64,000 nt of DNA, taken from the NCBI GenBank assembly GCA_012295275.1, contig CM022674.1:9982001-10046000 (forward strand), in the 5' to 3' direction. The notes below the pieces were generated by a model. That model ran no database searches. It was not told the origin of the DNA and saw only the letters and a list, made by a program, of their open reading frames with translations. Position 1 is the stretch's first letter; each line of letters opens with the position of its first letter. The stretch comes from Chrysomallon squamiferum (lineage: Eukaryota; Animalia; Mollusca). This document shows positions 54,954 to 64,000 of the stretch, in pieces. A program made the translations under genes and the position numbers.

Positions 54954-55031
54954 TTTACCTGGTATTTTTGAAACAGTTTTTTGTAATATTTCTTTTGGAA
55001 TTAAGGAATTACTTTCCTGCCTGTCAGCCAT
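52492..55031 (-). CDS. RHIM-like motif plus C-terminal death-domain adaptor (IMD/RIPK1-like), copy 1, 185 aa
   Basis: Exons 55031-54959, 54836-54807, 54526-54500, 54294-54145, 53770-53696 and 52694-52492, all phase-1 GT-AG junctions with an open frame: MADRQESNSLIPKEILQKTVSKIPDEWQRFQTGHNAGQKFKFGNQVNNLYLIQGNRQIQIGNHNIMYASGEDYDSDDSDDSDSPEEEDIQSVRDSNEEVSVDQLKDVARNVGDPWRLLIRFLGISREALDKIFDESYTAGGMEEVIFQLLCHWKQKCSDPTVSKLFFNLERTGLKHLWKYLKPNP*. It shows the death-domain pattern (W-x-x-L-x-R-x-L-G ... QLL-x-x-W ... TV-x-x-L) and an IQIG core. Confidence 0.85.
52880..53440 (-). mobile_element. Decayed non-LTR retrotransposon 3' fragment (RNase H domain, I-group-like LINE) in the last intron of adaptor copy 1
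   Basis: The minus strand gives YTDG..VACATVFPSD..SMRLPD* and IVFCWIT..V.I.GNEEADSSAKSAL (RNase H motifs YTDGS and WVPSH.GI.GNE.AD..AK), with stops and frameshifts. Confidence 0.8.
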
Positions 55032-55085
55032 CTGTCAAAAAAAAAAAAAATAATAATAAACAAATTTAAAATTAAAATTAAAAAT

Positions 55086-55116
<31 letters not shown>

Positions 55117-55443
55117 TGAGTTAGCAACTTATGCTATCAAAATGTATTTTAAACACTGTAAAGATTCGAAATTTTTGTATTGATTTTTTTGTTTTTGTTG
55201 TTATTGTTGTTGTTGTTAACTGTAATTCGTAATAATACTAATAGCTCGGTTACTCCGGATACACTTAACCTAATAACTACTTTTTCATTTTCATTTTAAT
55301 TTATCCTTATTGGCCACAGATATTCGCTTCTGTACTACATTTTTGTAAAAGTTAGGTTTGATTATAACCTACAGTATATAGTATTAAAATATTAACTTCC
55401 TTCGAATCCTTGTATACAGAAATAAAACGAATCAAAACGTTTT

Positions 55444-55670
55444 GGGAATTTTTATAATTCATTAAATTGAATTACCATGTGATCTAATAGATATCTAATT
55501 TACATTCTTCATTTACAAAACAGAACATCTGCCTAACAAATATCAAACCTGAACAACAACAATTTGCAAACCTTTCCCGAAACTGAAACTGATGTAAATA
55601 ACTTATATCTGTAACAGCGGAAGACTGGTAGCGTCACCCTCTTACGAACAAACGACTGGCGGGAATTTTG
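55444..55670. promoter_or_regulatory. ISRE and kappaB-like motif cluster upstream of adaptor copy 1
   Basis: GAAACTGAAACT at 55579-55590 (reverse AGTTTCAGTTTC, the ISRE consensus AGTTTCNNTTTC), GGGAATTTTT at 55444-55453 and GGGAATTTTG at 55661-55670. Confidence 0.5.
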
Positions 55671-56225
55671 ACTGGTTGATAATTGCTTTAATTAACTAGA
55701 GAAAAAGTAGGTGATCCAAAATATTAGATAGTTTCCAAGCAGCGACGCGCGATTTCCATTTATTAGTGTGTATTTCTCTGATATGGCCTGCCGGTGTCCA
55801 CTTCGATATTTTTATATGGTCAGTCATATCTGTGATTCATTGACCAAGTCGAATAAAAAATATAATAAAATATTTCTAGGCGTTTTTTAAAATGTTTTAC
55901 GATACGATATATTTAACACACTTATTTACATATTTATTTGGCCGTTAATTTATTCTTTGTCTGTTTAGATACAGCTTTCATTTTCGTACCATACATCACT
56001 GTTGGAGATATGCCTCAGTTGTAGATGATTTTTATCGATTATTTTTCTGTAGTTTCATTGTTAGAAATTTATGTTTGATAATAAGTTACCTTTCTGTAGT
56101 TCTTTCCCTCTATGATGATTGTCATCTTTGCGTTCCTCCGAGCTCTGGGTAGTTGTATACACCTTAGCATGGCAAACAATGACCACGCCCATCTTTCTGC
56201 CTCGGGAGTCCAGAATTGTTTGTTT

Positions 56226-56256
<31 letters not shown>

Positions 56257-56347
56257 AATGTGAAGAAACACGCTTTAAAAAAAAAAAAAAAAAAAAAAAA
56301 AATTCGACATGCTCAATGAATCTATGGAATTTATTTATTTTAGTGGG

Positions 56348-56378
<31 letters not shown>

Positions 56379-56447
56379 TCCTTGAGATTGTCCAATGATG
56401 CCTACCACGAAAAGAATTCAAAACATGTATGTATGTATGTATGTATG

Positions 56448-57904
56448 TGTAAAGTGCTGGGGGGAGCAAGGTAAGCGGATCTCGTGAAACCGATTGGTTG
56501 TATAATATACATACGTAATATATATCCCTGTCCAAAAAATAACAAACAAGACGGGGTTTTCAATTAAAGGACTTTAATATTAGTTAATTCCTGGTATAGC
56601 AATGTTAACATTTACAATATGGTAAGCCTGGCGTCTCCAAGGAGGACAAACTCAGTTTACCAGGTTCATAAAACAAATCACAATAAAAATTCTACATTTA
56701 CAAAACTTAAAACATCAAACCAATGCAAAAATCCTGATGTTTAGATAAAAAGAAAATAATTACAAATAAATATATTTAACAACCATATAATCAAATACAT
56801 AATATTTAAATGCAGTTCGATAAAATCAAATCTGAGAATTCAATTACACGCATTTTAGTATTAATCTCAACCGTTGAAGTTCAATCACTCCTAACTGATA
56901 TCAGTTTCACCCCATCCCAAGTGTTAAATGTAATCTTAATCAAAAGCAAATAACTTCAGCAAAGGTTCTGTTCTCTTTTGCAGGAAAGGATTAACCTCTA
57001 GCTAACGCCAGATTAGTCGGTGTGATTTCATGTTTATCTGTTTCTCGCACTTGGACACCTGGCGTACTAATACTAATCTATCTATTATCATTTCTACCAT
57101 ATATGTTAACTAGAACTAATTACATTATATAAAAGTCTCTATAAAAATCCTTTATGCATATATACATGAACTTCCTGTAATTGTTCTTTATATTTGGTTA
57201 TACTGATAACTCAGAAATTCAAAGAAAAGAATAACTGTTATGATAAAGATACATTTACGAGCACATGTAAATTAACAATAACATATCAATATAAAACCTA
57301 TGCATATCAATATAAAACTGTAACTTTAACTTATGTAAGTAGTGATGTCAGTAACACTTACCCAACACGACCGGTGTCGCCACATGAACAGAAATAATAC
57401 GTATCAGCTGTATTTACTTTTAAATACATTTCCAAACCCCATTAAATTGTTATAAATTGTAACCACTGTTACTTAAAGTTATGCCAAGTCATTTAATAAA
57501 TTGTGAACTAGTATATTCAAAATAAATGAAAGTCCACAGGTAAAATATAATTATCGTCTTATCTTTAATATGACATATCTTAATTATCCCTTTTTAATAG
57601 AAATATTAAAATAAAAGCAATAAACTTACATTAATTACTGATCTGTAGCATTTATGTGAAACCAAATATACAAATGCTTATCTTGACTAACAGTTGTATA
57701 AAGGTCCTGTAATGTCCACGGCCAAAGTGCAATGTTTTGGTCTCGGACAATTCTCCCCTTAAATTCCAGACAGCAGTTGCTATATTTGGTCACGTCACAT
57801 GACCATACAGTCCCCAGTGCTAACGAAAGCTCCCACTAATTACTTTTAAAACATTATATTCTGACCTTTAGGCTACAATGGCTATCATTTCTCTTTTCTA
57901 CACA
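56448..57904. mobile_element. TGT...ACA-bounded element (solo-LTR-like) inserted in a (TATG)n tract
   Basis: Starts TGTAAAG and ends TTCTACACA, with TGTATG on both flanks. Shares internal motifs (AGACGG.GTTT, CTGGCGTCT..AAGGAGGACAA, CCCAGTGC) with the elements at 57921-58286 and 63498-64000. Confidence 0.4.
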
Positions 57905-57920
57905 TGTATGAATCTATGAA

Positions 57921-58286
57921 TGTAACGGGGTATGTACGAGGTACAGAGTCAAGGAGAGTATATTTGTGATGAATAAAATAATTATTATATTCTAAGTCAA
58001 TCAAGACGGAGTTTCAAATCAAAACCAATGACAGAGAGATTAATGTATAAAAACTATTTTTATTATAATCTGATGTCTCCAAAAGGGCCAAACTTACCTT
58101 CACTAACAACCGATATTTTTGTCATGTCAATAAATACATTGGTTCCCAGTGCAAACGCTCTCAACAGGATGCAGTAATCGTAATTCATCTACTAGCACTT
58201 AACTCAGATTACTTTATAAACGAATAAACAGTAAATACTGACCTGTCTAGAATGGAAAATAATTATTTTTATTTCTCTCTTCTACA
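57921..58286. mobile_element. Shorter related TGT...ACA element
   Basis: Starts TGTAACGGGG and ends TTCTACA. The stretch 58142-58260 closely resembles 63856-63972. Confidence 0.4.
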
Positions 58287-59365
58287 GATATAAGGAAAAT
58301 AACTGAACTAATGGATCGGGTTTTTTTTTTTGGTGGGGGTTTCTTGTACTCTTTTTGAATATTTTCTTCTATTGTTTTTAGGTCTTTGTTTTTCTTCGCT
58401 GATTATTATTTTTTCATTATTTATTTTTCTACTTATTTATTTATTATTATTGTTGTTGTTGTTGTTGTTATTATTATTAATTTTATTATTATTATTATTA
58501 TTATTTTCTTATTCTTGTTTTTTCACATTACAAATTTAGTGGAGTTTTATTTTTATTTATTTATTTCTATTATTTTATTTTATTTTATTTGTTTTTATAA
58601 CACAACAACAAAATATCAACAAGCAAGACAGCAGTTTGAGTTATTTATTTATATACAGAACATATTTTATAATAATATAAAATAAACGCAACTAAATTAT
58701 TTACAGTTTCGCGGAAATCTGAGTTAAAATAGATTAAATATATATTAAACAATATGCCTTTAATGACACAGATTCCTCTACCTGATTATGATATGAGAAA
58801 TACAAGGGAGAAAACTATCTTAACATATCCCGCTGCCACATGCTTATCAAAGCAAGGCCAATGTTTCACGTTTTCCCCCGTGACCTCCCGTTTTCTTCTT
58901 TGAGCACCTCGACTCAACACCCGAAGCCCGTATACATTAGATTCCTGTGAATGTCAGTGAAAACCGAGAATCAAAGAGCCATGCGGGTGAACAAATTTTA
59001 ACGCTTTCTTAGTTTGTCACACAAAACTCGACCTACCTTGGCCGCTAATTAACTTGACGTTAAAATTTAAAAACTGCCTATAAAAAGTTTGTCATCGACT
59101 ATTTTACTGTAAAGGGGTCAACATAATTTTATTATCTGCACACATCGAAAGTTAAACACAGTTTATTAACTGATCATAATTACTAATATATATTTATTTA
59201 ATTTTCTCTTTTCGATTTTATATACAGAAACTTGATAACGTCAACATTATATATATACATATACAAATTAGTAATCTGATAAAATATCTATAGTTAGCAA
59301 ATGTGTCTAATGAAACACACTTTTGCATTAAATACAAGATTATCTGTCTTCATCACACTTCGTAT

Positions 59366-61382
59366 TCATGGGTTTGGTTTTAAATATTTCCACAGATGTT
59401 TCAGACCGGTTCTTTCCAAGTTAAAAAACAGCTTGGACACAGTTGGATCAGAGCATTTCTGTTTCCAGTGGCAAAGTAGTTGAAAAATAACCTCCTCCAT
59501 CCCTCCAGTCTCGTAACTTTCATCAAATATTTTGTCCAGTGCTTCTCTTGAAATGCCAAGAAATCTTACTGAAAAAGAAAACAGTTTTGTTAGAATATCA
59601 TACGCTATCAAACTGATTTACAATAATCAATTGATGAATATTTATGAACTCAGCACAAAAACACATCGACTATTGGATGCCAAACAAAGGTAAATACAAC
59701 AAAATTCAAAAATTAATTATAGCACAGTGTAAAGAGCTGTGCAAAAATAAAAGTACCACAGTTTATTAAAATTAAAATTCTGTATCTCAAAGGTGGATAA
59801 TCCTTCTTCTATGCGAGCACGACAGACGATTATCTCATCCTTTCTGCAAAGCCTGTAGTAAGACTGCCAATCACCCAGGTGGCTTGCCAGAATATACCAG
59901 TAAATGTGATGTGTAAAATCATTGTAAGGCACACCAACCTCGACATGAGACAAATCTAAAGCAGACTTGGCAGCAGAATCTGCCTTTTCATTGCCCCTGA
60001 TGCTAACCTGACTGGTTATCCAACAAAAAACTATATTTTTACTGGCACTGGATAACATGACACACTTTTGTATCATCATCCCAATTAATGAATGCACCAA
60101 TCTCATGTCGTAAAGTATTAAGACATGAAAGTCTCAATTCTGAAATTGGCTGTAATTTACTATCTTACTCAGTAATCTCCAAGGATCACCAACATTTCGT
60201 GCAACATCCTTCAACTGGTCAACACTGACTTCTTCATGAGAGTCTGAAAATAAAGAAATTAGATACAGAAAATAATAATATTTATATATTTAATCTTTTT
60301 ATTTACACGCAGATCAGCTGTAAAAATCAGTCCAGCCCCTCATTATTTAGATGATCTTTCTAAAAAATGGATCCTCATGATAGTAAGTCAATAGAGGCTT
60401 TAAAAGATATGCTATATATGTATAAACTAGAATCTAGTTATCTGGTGGTTGTGGAGAGCCTTCTAATGTACCCAGACCTAAATCAGGTATAATCAGAGCT
60501 AGAAAGAAGGCAAAAATATAAATAGGATGTCAAAATTATAACATATGAGAAAATACTTATGACATGTTAATACCCTTTCAAAACCAAACCACTTGTACTC
60601 AAATAAAGTAATTCTTACCACGCACAGACTGAATATCCTCCTCTTCTGGTGAATCACTGTCATCACTATCATCACTGTCATAATCCTCTCCTGATGCATA
60701 CATGATATTATGATTTCCAATCTGAATTTGTCGATTACCTTGTATCAAATACAAGTTATTTACTTGATCTGAAAACGTAAAATATATATGTAATTCAGAA
60801 TATATAAAATATATTTAAATTTCAAAAATCAAACATTAAAAGAAGGAAGAAATGTTTTTTTAAACAATTTTATAAAAATATGGCATCGTACATATGTTAA
60901 AAACATTATAAAGAGCAAATCTACTCCTAACATACTTAGAAATATTAAAAAAAAATACAAACTTACTTCCAAACTTAAATTTCTGGCCTGCATCTAAAAT
61001 TAAAAAGGTAGTATTTACAAAAATATGATGTTTCATAATTATTTAATAATTAACCATTCAAAACGAAGAAATTGTTAAGTTAATTTATTACATATTTATT
61101 TTCAAGCACTTTTGAAAAACCTAATATTGGCATGTTTTGTAGCATTCTTGAAGGTTGTCAGTAGTTGTGAGAAAATATCTTTTTGAATCAAGCTAAATTA
61201 CTAATTAATAATTTGGGGGGGGGGTCTTCAGACATGACATAATTAAAAAAAGAAGATAAAAAAGATACTTACTGTGTCCAGTTTGAAATCGTTGCCATTC
61301 ATCTGAAATTATTTCAACACATATAAGATTTTCTTAGATCGTTTTCTTTATTTTTCTTCATTATTATTATTATTATTATTAT

Positions 61383-61419
<37 letters not shown>

Positions 61420-61497
61420 TTTACCTGGTATTTTTGAAACAGTTTTTTGTAATATTTCTTTTGGAATTAAGGAATTACTTTCCTGCCTGTCAGCCAT
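59366..61497 (-). CDS. RHIM-like motif plus C-terminal death-domain adaptor (IMD/RIPK1-like), copy 2, 185 aa
   Basis: Exons 61497-61425, 61302-61273, 60993-60967, 60768-60619, 60243-60169 and 59568-59366. Same structure as copy 1 with an intact frame. It differs at DSN->DSH and YTAGG->YETGG. Confidence 0.85.
59717..60132 (-). mobile_element. Paralogous, shorter LINE RNase H fragment in the last intron of adaptor copy 2
   Basis: IVFCWITSQVSIRGNEKADSAAKSALDL. It lacks the segment corresponding to about 53242-53660 of copy 1. Confidence 0.8.
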
Positions 61498-61902
61498 CTG
61501 TCAAAAAAAAAATAATAATAATAAACAAATTTAAAATTAAAATTAAAAATATTTAAAAAAAAAAAAAAAAAAAAAAGAGTTAGCAACTTGTGCTATCAAA
61601 ATGTATTTTAAACACTGTAAAGATTCGAAATTTTTGTATTGATTTTTTTGTTTTTGTTGTTATTGTTGTTGTTGTTAACTATAATTCGTAATAATACTAA
61701 TAGCTCGGTTACTCCGGATACACTTAACCTAATAACTACTTTTTCATTTTCATTTTAATTTATCCTTATTGGCCACAGATATTCGCTTCTGTACTACATT
61801 TTTGTAAAAGTTAGGTTTGATTATAACCTACAGTATATAGTATTAAAATATTAACTTCCTTCGAATCCTTGTATACAGAAATAAAACGAATCAAAACGTT
61901 TT

Positions 61903-62900
61903 GGGAATTTTTATAATTCATTAAATTGAATTACCATGTGATCTAATAGATATCTAATTTACATTCTTCATTTACAAAACAGAACATCTGCCTAACAAAT
62001 ATCAAACCTGAACAACAACAATATGCAAACCTTTTCCGAAACTGAAACTGATGTAAATAACTTATATCTGTAACAGCGGAAGACTGGTAGCGTCACCCTC
62101 TTACGAACAAACGACTGGCGGGAATTTTGACTGGTTGATAATTGCTTTCATTAACTAGAGAAAAAGTAGGTGATCCAAAATATTAGATAGTTTCCAAGCA
62201 GCGACGCGCGATTTCCATTTATTAGTGTGTATTTCTCTGATATGGCCTGCCGGTGTCCACTTCGATCGATTTATATGGTCAGTCACATCTGTGATTCATT
62301 GACCAAGTCGAATAAAAAATATACCGTATATACTTGTGTATAAGTCGAATTTTTGGGAGACTATATTAAGGTAATATTTTGGGGGTCGACTTATACATAG
62401 GTAATGCTTTTGTAGCTGTTGCTGAAGAGTCGCCATTTTGACTATTTTTTGCTACGGGATGCATCTAAAATAATCGCGGTCTTTCAGCTTTTCAAAAATA
62501 TAATTTTATCGTATAAAAAATTTTGAAAAATTAAATAACAAAACCAATTATGAATGTAAAACATGATATTCTTCCGTTTAATGGCATAAAAATACATTTT
62601 AAAGCGAGAAAACCGTCAGTACAGCGTTATGCCTTACGGCGTCTTGCAATGATCTAGGAATGCAGACTTCTCTGCCAAATTCCACAAAATATCGGTCCTA
62701 ATTTCATAAACAAAACTCACTTGTGTAATTGTAAAGAATTTGGTGAAATAATATTGCAATCGTCATTAATATCCACTACCGACAAATCGAAAACAAGAGA
62801 TACTATTTATGATACCTTTAGGTTATAGCTCGTGTAATACATGCATTTACGTTATTATGGTACGTCACCCTCTTACGAACAAACGACTGGCGGGAATTTT
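61903..62900. promoter_or_regulatory. ISRE and kappaB-like motif cluster upstream of adaptor copy 2
   Basis: GAAACTGAAACT at 62038-62049, GGGAATTTTT at about 61903, and GGGAATTTTG at about 62120 and again at about 62892. Confidence 0.5.
62324..62860. mobile_element. One-ended Tc1/mariner-superfamily (pogo/Tc2-like) non-autonomous DNA transposon fragment
   Basis: Begins TA|CCGTATATACTTGTGTATAAGTCGA...GGGGGTCGACTTATAC, a CCGTA terminus with a subterminal inverted repeat. It is absent from the paralogous copy 1 site. Confidence 0.65.
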
Positions 62901-63497
62901 GACTGGTTGATAATTGCTTTCATTAACTAGAGAAAAAGTAGGTGATCCAAAATATTAGATAGTTTCCAAGCAGCGACGCGCGATTTCCATTTATTAGTGT
63001 GTATTTCTCTGATATGACCTGCCGGTGTCCACTTCGATATTTTTGTATGGTCAGTCACATCTGTGATTCATTGACCAAGTCGAATAAAAAATATAATAAA
63101 ATATTTCTAGGCGTTTTTTAAAATATTTTACGATACGATATATTTAACACACTTATTTACATATTTATTTGGCCGTTAATTTATTCTTTGTCTGTTTAGA
63201 TACAGCTTTCATTTTCGTACCATACATCACTGTTGGAGATATGCCTCAGTTGTAGATGATTTTTATCGATTATAATTCCACATAGTCAGTTAACTGAATT
63301 TACTGAAAAGACTTTCTTAATTTTTTTTAATTTTTTTTTCACTTGGAGATTGTCCATGGTAACTATGGAGCCATTAGAGGACAACCACGACAACAATTCA
63401 AAACATGTATGTATGTATGTATGAATGCTTCTTTGTATGTATGTATGTATAAATGTATGCATGCATGTATGTACGACTGTATGCATATAACTTGGGG

Positions 63498-64000
63498 TGT
63501 AGGAGGCACTGAGTCGAGTAGAGTGTATGTGTGACCAATAAAATAATTATCATGTTTTGAGACAAATAAACAACACGGAGTTTCACATTAAGGACGTTAA
63601 TAATATGTAACCACCAATAATAGAGAGATTAAAGTATAAAAATAAAAAAGAATGAGTTATCTGGCGTCTTCAAGGAGGACAACTTGACCCAGGTTCACAA
63701 ACATATATTTAATTAATACGAAGTATAATTAAAATGTAGTAAAATTAGCACCGAAAACAAACAAAAACAAACCAAAGCAAACCAAACCCAACATGATAGT
63801 CGCTAACAATGAACTGTCAATACCCTGCTTTCTGATACGTCAGGTGGCCCTTCAGTTCCCAGTGCGAATGCTATCAGTAGGAGGCAGTAATCGTAATTTA
63901 TCTACTAGCATTTACCTCAGATTACTTTATAAACTAATAAACAGTAAATACTGACAGGTCTAGAATGGAAAAAATGATTATTATAGCTCTGTTCTACTCT
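63498..64000. mobile_element. Third member of the TGT...ACA repeat family (runs to the window edge)
   Basis: Starts TGTAGGAGG after a (TATG)n-like tract. Motifs are shared with 56448-57904 and 57921-58286. Confidence 0.35.

Larger units (their letters stand above)
52330..63272. repeat. Tandem segmental duplication: about 52330-56042 versus about 59220-63272
   Basis: Colinear near-identity across exons, introns, the (TAG)n and poly-A tracts and about 1 kb of upstream sequence. The shared block ends at ...TTTTATCGATTA. Confidence 0.95.

Overview
AT-rich, intron-rich animal genomic DNA, most likely a spiralian and probably a gastropod mollusc (inferred from the Pax subfamily and repeat content). 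I reconstructed gene models by hand from GT-AG junctions and reading-frame continuity. In order: (1) the probable last coding exon of an unidentified gene at 1-150; (2) a 7-exon paired-box gene without a homeodomain, probably Pax-beta (+, 10110-16115, about 978 aa); (3) a 31-exon P5B-type ATPase, ATP13A3-like (-, 46115-24090, about 1224 aa), whose introns hold a 3.9-kb 33-bp satellite and a 1.3-kb minisatellite; (4) MRPL20 (+, 48142-51390), head-to-head with the ATPase; (5) two tandem, intact copies of a 185-aa RHIM-like plus death-domain adaptor gene (IMD/RIPK1-like; -, 55031-52492 and 61497-59366) that the ORF track largely misses. The most notable observations are the duplicated microexon-built RHIM-DD adaptor with ISRE and kappaB-like upstream motifs and paralog differences confined to the death-domain exons, and a coding-like 36-codon in-frame extension after the ATPase UGA-C stop that ends in a PDZ-type motif (candidate stop-codon readthrough).
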